This document shows, one piece after another, positions 38,835-49,108 of a DNA stretch of 64,000 bases; within the stretch, counting starts at the first letter, position 1, and every line of letters begins with the position of its first letter. The translations under genes and the position numbers were made by a program. The notes under the pieces were generated by a model that saw only the letters and a program-made list of their open reading frames with translations, was not told the DNA's origin and did no database searches. The DNA comes from Hyaloraphidium curvatum SAG 235-1. Lineage: Eukaryota > Fungi > Monoblepharomycota. The DNA lies in the NCBI GenBank assembly GCA_025558095.1, contig JAIVFI010000024.1, forward strand, positions 310,001 through 374,000. The letters are read 5' to 3'.

Positions 38835-41267
38835 ATGCAACAACGCGTTTACGGGCCCGCCCGTGCGCTCTTCTCCCGACTCGGCCAGCAAAGCCGAAAG
38901 TTCCGTTCCAGCGCATTTGAGCGCGTTGGACCTCTCGTGCCCGCCCGCGCCCCCCTGCCCCGCTTCCGGGGTCTCGCCACGATGGCCGACGCGAACCCGT
39001 TCTTCACCGAATGGCGCACGCCGCACGCGATTCCGCCGTTCGAGGCCATCAGAGTCGAGCACTTCAAACCGGCATTCGACGCGGCCATCGCTGCCCAGCG
39101 CGATTCGATCGCCCAGATCCGCGCCGCGCACGCCGACCGTGCGCCGACCTTCGCCTCGCTGATGGTCCCGCTCGAGCGATCGGGCGCGCAGCTGCGGCGC
39201 GTCGAGGCCGTCTTCCACAACCTCGCGTCGGCGCACACGAACCCCGAGCTGCAGGCCGTGGAGCGCGATCTCGCGCCGCTGCTCGCCCGCCACGCAAACG
39301 CGGTCGCGATGGACGTCGGGCTGTTCAAACTGGTGGAAAAGCTGGACGCGGACATGAAGGCCGCGAGGGGCAACGCCGCCCCGCGCAATCCCGAGGAGAG
39401 GCTCGTGGACCGCTCCTTCCGCGGGTTCGTCCGCAGGGGCGCGCAGCTCAAGGAGGGAAGCAAGGAACGTGCCCGCTTCGCCGAAGCCACTGAGCGACTG
39501 GCCGCCCTGGCGGCCGACTTTGCTCAGAAGGTGCTTGCCGACGAGGGCGGATGGGAGCTCCGCCTCTCGTCGCCCGAGGAACTCGTAGGCCTCTCGCCCC
39601 CATTGCTCTCGGCCGCGCGCGCGGCAGCCACGGAGCGCGGCCTCGACACCGACCCCGCCGGTCGCCCGATCCACGTCATCACGCTCTCCCGCTCCTCGGT
39701 CGAGCCCTTCCTCGCGGCGTCGGACAACCGCGCCCTGCGCAAGAAGGCCTGCGACGCCTGGGCGCTCCGCGGGGCCAACGGCAACGCCAACGACACCCGC
39801 GAGACGGTGCGGGAGATGCTCCGGCTGCGCGCCGAGGTCGCGCACATCCTCGGCTTCGCGTCGTTCGCCGAGTTTGCGCTCGAGGACAGGATGGCGCGCA
39901 CCACGGGAGCCGTCGACTCGCTGCTCATGCAGTGCTGGCGCCCCGCGCTCGACAAGGCCAAGGACGAGGAGCGCGAGCTGCTCGACGTCGCGAGGCGGCT
40001 CGGCCACAACGACGTGCAGCGGATCGAGCCTCACGATTACCGATACTACGTCGGCAAGCTCCGCGCGCTGAGGTTCGACCTCGACGAGAGCGCTGTCAAG
40101 AGGTACTACAGCCTGGACAGGCTTGTTCAGGGGATGTTCTACGCGGCCGGCAGGCTGTACGGTCTCAAGATCAGCGAAACCACGGGCAAGTATCCTAGGT
40201 ACCACCCGCAACTCCGCACTTTCGAGGTCACCGACGCCACCACGGGCTCGCTCATCGGCGTCCTCATGTGCGACTTCTTCAGTCGTCAAAGCAAAAGAGG
40301 AGGGGCATGGATGAGCGAAGTAGGTGTCATCCGCAGCGCTGCCGTTCGCGTCTCATCGTAAATCATTCCCCCAGTACCGTGGGCAGAGCATGCTCGAGGG
40401 AGCGGACGAAAGGCCGATCGTGGTCAACGTGCTCAACTTCAACGCGCCGGCCAAGGAAGGCGAGCCGGTGCTGCTGTCTGCCGACGACAGCAGAACTCTT
40501 TTCCACGAAGTGAGTTGCTTTGAAGCGACATTGTCTGCCGGCCTGATCGTCCTCTCGTGCAGTTCGGACACGCTCTCCACGGCCTCCTGAGCCGCGTCGT
40601 CTACCCCAGCCAGTCGGGCACGAACGTCCTCAGCGACTTTGTCGAGCTCCCCTCGCAGATCAACGAGCGGTTCCTCGAGCCGCTGGCCAGGCTACCGGCC
40701 GAGGTCAACCCGTTCCGCGACGTCGAGACCGGTGCCGTCATTCCGGCCGAGCTGCTCGCGCGCATGGAGGAAGGCCGCACGTTCGGCGAGGGCTTTGCTA
40801 CCGTCGAGTTCCTCCTGTCGGCCCTGGTCGACATGGATGTTCACAGCATCCCCTACTCGGCGTACGCAAAAGGCGCCGCACCGGACCCATTCGCGGTGGA
40901 GCAAGCGACGATCGCCCGCCTCGGCGCGCCGGCGTCGATCCCGCCGCGGCACCGTCTCTCGCACTTCCTCCACCTGTTCGCTGACGGCTCTCCCGGCGCA
41001 ATGTACGCCTCGGGGTACTTCAACTACCTCTGGGCCGAGGTGCTGGAGTCGGACGCTTTCGGTGCCTTTGAGGAGGCGGCAGCGCGCGGCGGCGGCTCGG
41101 TGCTCGACCCGGCGGTGGGCGCCAAGTTCCGAAGGGAGGTGCTCGAGGTCGGCGGGAGCGTGGATCCGGCAGAGGCGTTCAGGAGGTTCAGAGGCAGGGA
41201 TCCGGTTGTGGAGCCGCTGCTGCGAAAGAGAGGTTTGCTGGGAAAGGAGGCGAGGGCGCACCTATGA
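38835..41267 (+). CDS. M3A metallopeptidase, peptidyl-dipeptidase Dcp-like, with N-terminal presequence
   Basis: NPFF..W.TP..IPPF..I..EHF.PAF, KRGGAWM, TLFHE|FGHALH (HExxH split by an intron), DFVELPSQ, YASGYFNYLWAEVL, FRGRDP. Second ATG at 38982. Confidence 0.9.
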
Positions 41268-41398
41268 AGAGCCGCGATCGCCACCGGAACTTGTCGAATG
41301 TCTTTCCATTCATGTATTGACCTCGAAGTCTTTGAACGGATCCGCCCCGCCTCCATTGTATTAAGGTGATCACTGCACCTGCGGTGCGTGGCGGAGAG

Positions 41399-43765
41399 GA
41401 GGCAAACAATCTTGTTTCTTCGAATTCGATGCGACCTCTTGCAGCTGGCCTATTCCGATCGGGCGCACGAGTGCTCCCTGCACTACCATTGACTGCGCAC
41501 GGAGATCTGGATCGGCCTCGGATTCCCCGCCGGGGAAGTGCAGCGGGAGCCGGGCCGCCGGATGGAGACCCCCTCTCCTCGACTTGCTGGCTACCCAGAG
41601 CCGGACGTTGCACCGCGGACGTGCTCTACTATAACGGGAGAGGCCAAAACATGGGAAACCATGCGTTCGCGTTATTTTTGGAGTTTCGCGTTTCCGGTTT
41701 CTGCTGGTTAGATCGGTCTTCGAGATTCGAAGTCAAGTCACCATCTGGCTACCACCGGCTCCCGCAACCTCCGGATTGGACGGAAATCGCGCCAAATGGA
41801 GGCAGATGCGACTGCAGCTTCTGGAGACACGTGATTTCGGCACTTTGGGCGTTCCGGCGCCGCGGCTGCTGCCCACCGGTGTCCGGGAGCCGGGGACACG
41901 TGGCAACGAATCCCGAGTGCCTCTGAAGCGGAACGCGTCTCTGGATGCTCAGAAGGCGCGGGAGTCCCGCGGATCCCTCGAGGGACCGCGAGGGGATCGG
42001 CGCACACGCGTTCCCGGCCCGCGCCGCGCCCAAACACCGCCGCCCTTGCCGGGCGACACCTTCGCACCCCTCCGGTGCCCGCCGACGCCCCTCCGGCCTC
42101 CCGGCGCCGCGATGCGTGCGTGCTGAGGGCGGGGGCCGGATTGCTGAGCACCAGCCTCCGTGTTTGTGGCTATATCAGCCGGCGGGCGCGCTGTGTTTGG
42201 CCACTGCAAACTTCACCCCAATCACGGTTGGGGCCGTTTGCCGTTCGCGCTTCGTACGCCGCCGCAACACCGCCGCGCACGAAGCATGCTGCTTCTCTGT
42301 CTCGCCGCCGGCGTCGCCGCCCGCCGCGCGCGCCGCGTGCCGTCGGGGCCCGTCCCCGCCGGTACCGGTGCCCGCCGCTGCGTGCCCGCCGCCGCCGCCG
42401 CCGCGCCCTCCCCCTCCGCCGCCGCACTCGTCCAACCGGGGCATTTACCGATCGGTGAGTTTCCCGGCGTGGATGGCCTTTCCTGGGGCGAGGCCATGGA
42501 TGCGGTCGCCGAGCACCTGCTCGTCGGCGCCGTCCACGGGACCGCCCCGCCGCCCCCCGCCCCCGCCGCCGCGCTGCTCGCAGCCAATGCGCCCGAGCGC
42601 GCCGCCCCGGCGACCGTCTCGTCCCCGCCGCCGCCGGCGCCGATGGTGGTCCCCGCCGCCGTCGACGCCCGGTTCCCTCGCCCCAACCAGCCCGTGCCCT
42701 TTGCGGAGCTGGCGGTGAGCCGGGAACTGGACCGCCGCGGCCGCGAGCTCTACCTGGAGTCGTACGACATGAACAACTACGGCCACCGCAGCACCTACCT
42801 GCAGCGGTGGCCGCCGCGCGTCGACCTCGACGACTACCACCTGGGCTGCACGGTCCCGGTTCAGCTTCCCTCCTTCGCCTCGCTTTCGGCGTGGAGCCAG
42901 GAAGGCAGGTGGGACACGGAGCTCTACTGGAAGGCGATCCAGAACGCCGTCAGGGTGGACGCATGTTCCCCCAACGCGCTCGCGGTGATCCCGCGGGGGC
43001 CCAAGGGCACGCCGCTCAGCGGGCCGGCGTTCCTGCTTCCGGATCCTTCCCCCGAGCGCGTCGACGAGCGGCCGGAGCCAGAACCGGAGCCGATCGCCGC
43101 GGCGGAGGCTCCGGCTGCCGAGCCGCCCAAGGACCTCGACGGCGACGTGCCCATGGTCGCGGAGGCTCCCGAGGGCGGCTTTGTTGAGGAGCAGGCCGCG
43201 GTCGACGTCGAGGCAGCGGCGGAGGAGGAGGTGGAGGCGCAGGAGATGGAGTTGGAGGTGCAGGAGGTGGAGCTGGAGGTGCAGCTCGAGGTGGTGGAGG
43301 TCGAGGCGGAGGAGGTGACGGTCGAGGAGGTCGAGGCGGAGGAGGTCAAGGCCGCCGACCCCCAGCCGCAGCCCGAGGAGTGGCACTACTCGCCGCTACC
43401 CGAGGTCGAGGAGTTGCCCGCGGTGGAGCCCGTGGCGGAGGACTTGGGTGCGAGCCCGATCTCGGACTCGCATCCACTCCGCGCGGACGTCCCGCAGGCG
43501 CCCGACCCCGAGGTCAAGCCGCGCATGTGGTACCGGAAGCTTTTCGACAGGCTGAAGCTGGGGCGGCGCGGCTCGAGGTAAGCAGGTAAGGAGAACGGCG
43601 GCGGATCTCCTGCTTCGGTCGCGCTGTCCGGGGACTGGCCACCCTCGGACCGTGCGTTCGGGACAAGGGGTGAAGCCGACGGACTCGAACGATACCCAGA
43701 CGCATCTGTACGATAGCAATGAATAGACATCTGATACCCGCAAAGACGCCCCATCCGAGTCCTGC
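41399..43765 (+). repeat. Left arm of a ~2.4-kb inverted repeat
   Basis: Reverse complement of 46686-~49045. Sharp inner junction (...ccatccgagtcctgc at 43765); coordinates sum to 90451 across the inner ~1.8 kb; outer edge diffuse. Confidence 0.95.
42286..43581 (+). CDS. Orphan Pro/Ala-rich and Glu/Val-rich protein, copy 1
   Basis: Long intronless ORF with GC3-rich codons (first ATG 42286, MLLLCLAAG), aromatic-rich central segment, EVE-rich tract, basic C-terminus. Confidence 0.65.
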   Translation: MLLLCLAAGVAARRARRVPSGPVPAGTGARRCVPAAAAAAPSPSAAALVQPGHLPIGEFPGVDGLSWGEAMDAVAEHLLVGAVHGTAPPPPAPAAALLAANAPERAAPATVSSPPPPAPMVVPAAVDARFPRPNQPVPFAELAVSRELDRRGRELYLESYDMNNYGHRSTYLQRWPPRVDLDDYHLGCTVPVQLPSFASLSAWSQEGRWDTELYWKAIQNAVRVDACSPNALAVIPRGPKGTPLSGPAFLLPDPSPERVDERPEPEPEPIAAAEAPAAEPPKDLDGDVPMVAEAPEGGFVEEQAAVDVEAAAEEEVEAQEMELEVQEVELEVQLEVVEVEAEEVTVEEVEAEEVKAADPQPQPEEWHYSPLPEVEELPAVEPVAEDLGASPISDSHPLRADVPQAPDPEVKPRMWYRKLFDRLKLGRRGSR

Positions 43766-43866
43766 AACGTGCCCAGATCTTGTGACAGCAAGACGACGTT
43801 TCTCATTCAATCAAACCTCGCAAAAACACATATCGATACCTGCGTACAACTAAGGCCTCCGCTACT

Positions 43867-46442
43867 CTAGAGCTTTGCTGAGCTCGCGGAAGTGGTCGAT
43901 CCGGCGTAGCTGGACCCGCTGGCGCCTTCCGTGGCAAACAGCTTCGGTGACTTCCTTGGCAGCCGGCCGAGGGCAACCTGACCAGAACCATGAATACGAG
44001 CTGAACGAGTCAGGGAATAGAGACACACCTCGGGCGGAACGGTGTCGCTGCCGAGGCCTGACACGGCGTTCCTGATCTCCGCGGGCACCTTGCAAGGGTC
44101 CGGCAAGCTGAAGTACCCCTGCGAACGCGTGTGAGATGGGAACGCCGCAGCAGAACAACGTGAGGAACGAACTAGCACGAAGTCGGCTTGCGAATAGCCG
44201 ATGAGTTCCTGCAGATCCTCTGGCAGGTCTTTCGCATACTCGGGGGGGCACGAGAGGTACTGGTTCTGCGGCTTCGGGTCAGAGAAACGCTCCGGCGGCC
44301 CAGATCTAGAGCGAACCTCCTCCTGCTTGAGCCAACCGAGACTGCAAATTGGAAAGTCAGCAACAGGATCCGGTAGAAGTCTGACCGCCACCCACGAGTA
44401 ATCGCAGTTCATGCCGATGCGAACTTCGTTGCTCCGGTTCGCACCTCCACTGTGAATGACCGAGCCCTGCAAGAAAGTTTCAGCCGAGTGCGTGCAGCAA
44501 TGAAGCAAGCGACCCACAGTGTAGATGAGTACGCTGCCCTTCTCCATTTCGGCGAACCCGATCTCCTCCGGCTTGGGCACGCGGTCGTACGACTCCCACG
44601 TGTTAGAGCCAGGGACCACACGCGTCGCCCCGTTCTCCCGGGTGAAGCGCGTCATGGCCCAGATGACGTTGAGCTCCGGCTCCATCTCCCTTGAGAGCCA
44701 GTTGCCCCAAACGTTCCGGTCGCGGTGAAGCTGCTGCGCTTTTTCTCCAGGACCGATCGCGATGAGCTGGGTCAGGTGCAGTTGCTACAAGGGTTCAAGT
44801 GAGCAAGCTTGCGACCAAGAACGAGACTCCACTCACGTATTTCTTGCAGCTCTTGAGGAGGACGCTGTCGCAGGCCTCGAGGACGCTCTTGTGCCTGACA
44901 AAGTCCCTCGCCGTCTTCGACCTCGCCACCAGCGCACCCGTTCGCTGCGTGCGGAAGCCCGAAAAGGAGTCGGCGCCGCCGGAAGTGCGGTTCAAGTACG
45001 GTCGACATTCGTCAAGAAGCTGGTCGACCATCTTGGGAGACATGGCGTTGGCGACGATCACGGCACCATCGCGGGCGAGGATTGCTGCGATCTCTGCCTT
45101 GGAAGCCGTCGGGCGCAAAGTAACGAGCTTGGCTTCCTTGCCTGGCTCCGGCTCGATGGCCTCAAAAGCGGCAAAGGCGCTGACAGTGGGTCGTGCCGCG
45201 GCAGAGGCGTTGTTCTGGCCCGCCAGGCTGTTGGGAGCGATCTTCTTGATGCGCCTGGGAGGGCGGCCGAGCGCGTACTCGGCTGGAAGAGCGTCCGTAA
45301 AGGTGCCGGTGAGGTTGGCCGACTTTGGCAGTAGAGGTGCCTTGTCCGGGTCGGGGAACGAGAAGTAGTTCTGAAAACCGAAGGGTTACGAACTTCCACC
45401 AAGCACCAAAGAGACACGAGAAACTTGCACATGTGTAATCTGTCATAGTATACGATATGAGCTGCAGGGACAGTGTCAGCGTGAGCGAAGTGAAGGGAAT
45501 GGGAAGCCGAGTCAGCGTGAGCTCCAAGGACAAGGTTCATAGTCATACCTCTTGCACTTCCGGACGAAGGTTCTTGGCGTATTCAGGAGGAACGCTCAGG
45601 AACTGAAGGTTTCGAGCGTAAGAGTGGACGGGTGACAGGAGAAAAGACAAACGGCCTGCCTGGTTCTCTTCCTGCCGAAGCCACGCCAACGAGTAGTCGA
45701 CATTGAACCCAATACGAGACATGTTGCTCTCGTTCTTGCCGCCCGAGTGAATCACGCTTCCGGTATCTGTCTCCAAGGTCACCGGAGCCAATGCAGCGCA
45801 CAAGAACCCCGATACTCACAGAACAGCACGCTGCCCTTGGGCATCTCCGCGTAGGCGATCTCCTCCTCTTTCGCTTCGCGGTCCCAGTCTTCCCACTTCT
45901 GACTTCCAGGAACCACCCTCGTGGCACCGTTCTCCTTCGTGAAGTCCGTCAGAGCCCACATCATGTTGAGCTCCGGCTCTAACCCGCGCAGGTACGACCC
46001 CCAGACCAGCCTGTCGCGGTGCAGGTATTGGGCTCCCTGACCGGGATTGATCTTGATGAGCTGCGTGAGGTGCAGCTGGAACCGCACGCAGTATGGCCCC
46101 AGGACTTGCTCGCAGGCCTCGAGCACGAGCGGGTGTGCGACAAAGTCGCTGGCGGCCTTGGTGCGGGAGAGGAGGGCGCCGATGCGCTGGGTCTGGAACC
46201 CGGAGAACTGTGCGGCCACGACAGTGAGTTCCTCGGCCAGTTTCAGGTAATCCTGCAAGAAAGCCGACCGAATTGGAGCCAGGCGCAGCGCTGTCGAGGT
46301 ACGGCGCCGACTCGGTGAGGAGCGTGTCGACCAGTGACTCGGGGACGAGCCGCGAGACGATGCAGGCTCCGTCACGCTCCAGCGCCGCGCACACGTCGGC
46401 AACCGACGCCGTGGCCGGCAGCGTCTGCAGCTTTGGTGCCAT
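43867..46442 (-). CDS. Tandem two-domain PhyH-family Fe(II)/2-oxoglutarate dioxygenase (single multi-exon gene)
   Basis: Both halves carry RDG.....,QLHLTQLI, LHRD, ENGATRVVPGS, HSGG.N....RIG, WL.QEENQ. Exon from 45370 runs in frame, with no stop and no ATG before domain 2 begins. Confidence 0.85.
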
Positions 46443-46685
46443 CTCGACGGAAGAAACGGCGCCGGTCGGCCTTCGTGGGATTCACGCGGGCGGCCTCTAT
46501 CTGCCTGGCTCAACGGCGGAACGGAGGCAACGGGCGGGAGACATCATCATTCACAATTTTCCGGCGAAGCCTCCATCCCGCTATGCAGGTGCCATTCGGC
46601 CATATATCTACTATAGAGTTGCTCGACAGATATGTTTTCCGGGAGTCCGAACGAATGCTTGGACTTTCGGGGGACCTGGACCTGC

Positions 46686-49045
46686 GCAGGACTCGGATGG
46701 GGCGTCTTTGCGGGTATCAGATGTCTATTCATTGCTATCGTACAGATGCGTCTGGGTATCGTTCGAGTCCGTCGGCTTCACCCCTTGTCCCGAACGCACG
46801 GTCCGGGGGTGGCCAGTCCCCGGACAGCGCGACCGAAGCAGGAGATCCGCCGCCGTTCTCCTTACCTGCTTACCTCGAGCCGCGCCGCCCCAGCTTCAGC
46901 CTGTCGAAAAGCTTCCGGTACCACATGCGCGGCTTGACCTCGGGCTCGGGCGCCTGTGGGGCGTCCGCGCGGAGTGGATGCGAGTCCGAGATCGGGCTCG
47001 CACCCAAGTCCTCCGCCACGGGCTCCACCGCGGGCAACTCCTCGACCTCGGGTAGCGGCGAGTAGTGCCACTCCTCGGGCTGCGGCTGGGGGTCGGCGGC
47101 CTTGACCTCCTCCGCCTCGACCTCCTCGACCGTCACCTCCTCCGCCTCGACCTCCACCACCTCGAGCTGCACCTCCAGCTCCACCTCCTGCACCTCCAAC
47201 TCCATCTCCTGCGCCTCCACCTCCTCCTCCGCCGCTGCCTCGACGTCGACCGCGGCCTGCTCCTCAATAAAGCCGCCCTCGGGAGCCTCCGCGACCATGG
47301 GCACGTCGCCGTCGAGGTCCTTGGGCGGCTCGGCAGCCGGAGCCTCCGCCGCGGCGATCGGCTCCGGTTCTGGCTCCGGCCGCTCGTCGACGCGCTCGGG
47401 GGAAGGATCCGGAAGCAGGAACGCCGGCCCGCTGAGCGGCGTGCCCTTGGGCCCCCGCGGGATCACCGCGAGCGCGTTGGGGGAACATGCGTCCACCCTG
47501 ACGGCGTTCTGGATCGCCTTCCAGTAGAGCTCCGTGTCCCACCTGCCTTCCTGGCTCCACGCCGAAAGCGAGGCGAAGGAGGGAAGCTGAACCGGGACCG
47601 TGCAGCCCAGGTGGTAGTCGTCGAGGTCGACGCGCGGCGGCCACCGCTGCAGGTAGGTGCTGCGGTGGCCGTAGTTGTTCATGTCGTACGACTCCAGGTA
47701 GAGCTCGCGGCCGCGGCGGTCCAGTTCCCGGCTCACCGCCAGCTCCGCAAAGGGCACGGGCTGGTTGGGGCGAGGGAACCGGGCGTCGACGGCGGCGGGG
47801 ACCACCATCGGCGCCGGCGGCGGCGGGGACGAGACGGTCGCCGGGGCGGCGCGCTCGGGCGCATTGGCTGCGAGCAGCGCGGCGGCGGGGGCGGGGGGCG
47901 GCGGGGCGGTCCCGTGGACGGCGCCGACGAGCAGGTGCTCGGCGACCGCATCCATGGCCTCGCCCCAGGAAAGGCCATCCACGCCGGGAAACTCACCGAT
48001 CGGTAAATGCCCCGGTTGGACGAGTGCGGCGGCGGAGGGGGAGGGCGCGGCGGCGGCGGCGGCGGGCACGCAGCGGCGGGCACCGGTACCGGCGGGGACG
48101 GGCCCCGACGGCACGCGGCGCGCGCGGCGGGCGGCGACGCCGGCGGCGAGACAGAGAAGCAGCATGCTTCGTGCGCGGCGGTGTTGCGGCGGCGTACGAA
48201 GCGCGAACGGCAAACGGCCCCAACCGTGATTGGGGTGAAGTTTGCAGTGGCCAAACACAGCGCGCCCGCCGGCTGATATAGCCACAAACACGGAGGCTGG
48301 TGCTCAGCAATCCGGCCCCCGCCCTCAGCACGCACGCATCGCGGCGCCGGGAGGCCGGAGGGGCGTCGGCGGGCACCGGAGGGGTGCGAAGGTGTCGCCC
48401 GGCAAGGGCGGCGGTGTTTGGGCGCGGCGCGGGCCGGGAACGCGTGTGCGCCGATCCCCTCGCGGTCCCTCGAGGGATCCGCGGGATTCCCACGCCTTCT
48501 GACCATCCAGAGACGCGTTCCGCTTCAGAGGCACCCGGGATTCGTTGCCACGTGTCCCCGGCTCCCCGGACACCGGTGGGCAGCAGCCGCGGCGCCGGAA
48601 CGCCCAAAGTGCCAAAATCACGTGTCTCCAAAAGCTGCAGTCGCATCTGCCTCCATTTGGTGCGCTTTCCATCCGATCCGGAGGTTGCGGGAGCGGGTGG
48701 TCGCACGATGTTGACTTGACTTCGAATCTCGAACACCGATCTAACGAGCAGAAACCGGAAACGCGAAACTCCAAAAATAACGCGAACGCATGGTTTCCCA
48801 TGTTTTGGCCTCTCCCGTTATGCTCGAGCACGTCCGCGGCGCAAGTTCCGGCTCGGGGTAGCCCTCAAGTCGAGGAGCAGGGGGTCTCCATCCGGCGGCC
48901 CGGTTCCCGCCGGACTTCCCCAGCGGGAATCCGAGGCCGATCCAGATCTCCGTGCGCCGTCAATGGCAGTGCAGGGAGCACTCGTGCGCCCGATCGGAAT
49001 AGGCCAGCGACGAGAGCTCGGAAGGAATTCGAGGCCGTTTGCCTC
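46686..49045 (-). repeat. Right arm of the inverted repeat
   Basis: Starts gcaggactcggatgggg at 46686; homology to the left arm fades around 49008-49045, ~60 bp upstream of the TOP3B ATG. Confidence 0.95.
46870..48165 (-). CDS. Orphan Pro/Ala-rich and Glu/Val-rich protein, copy 2
   Basis: Mirror of 42286-43581; three amino-acid differences (V/I, V/A, D/E). Confidence 0.65.
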   Translation of the reverse strand: MLLLCLAAGVAARRARRVPSGPVPAGTGARRCVPAAAAAAPSPSAAALVQPGHLPIGEFPGVDGLSWGEAMDAVAEHLLVGAVHGTAPPPPAPAAALLAANAPERAAPATVSSPPPPAPMVVPAAVDARFPRPNQPVPFAELAVSRELDRRGRELYLESYDMNNYGHRSTYLQRWPPRVDLDDYHLGCTVPVQLPSFASLSAWSQEGRWDTELYWKAIQNAVRVDACSPNALAVIPRGPKGTPLSGPAFLLPDPSPERVDERPEPEPEPIAAAEAPAAEPPKDLDGDVPMVAEAPEGGFIEEQAAVDVEAAAEEEVEAQEMELEVQEVELEVQLEVVEVEAEEVTVEEVEAEEVKAADPQPQPEEWHYSPLPEVEELPAVEPVAEDLGASPISDSHPLRADAPQAPEPEVKPRMWYRKLFDRLKLGRRGSR

Positions 49046-49108
49046 TTCCTTCGGCGATCTCGTTCCGACGCGATCACAAACAGTGCGTCGGTGCTGATCA
49101 ACTCCGCG

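Noticed and set aside
43867-46442. Two separate tandem PhyH genes
   Set aside because: No stop after domain 1 and no ATG before domain 2 begins; the linker is in frame.
41399-49045. Composite transposon or Maverick/Starship-type element
   Set aside because: No transposase, integrase or recombinase ORF, no target-site duplication, and outer ends are diffuse rather than sharp.
48545-49108. N-terminal 188 aa of the 1179-aa ORF as part of TOP3B
   Set aside because: Starts at a non-ATG codon inside the repeat arm; the mirrored left-arm copy has indels; first ATG is 49109.
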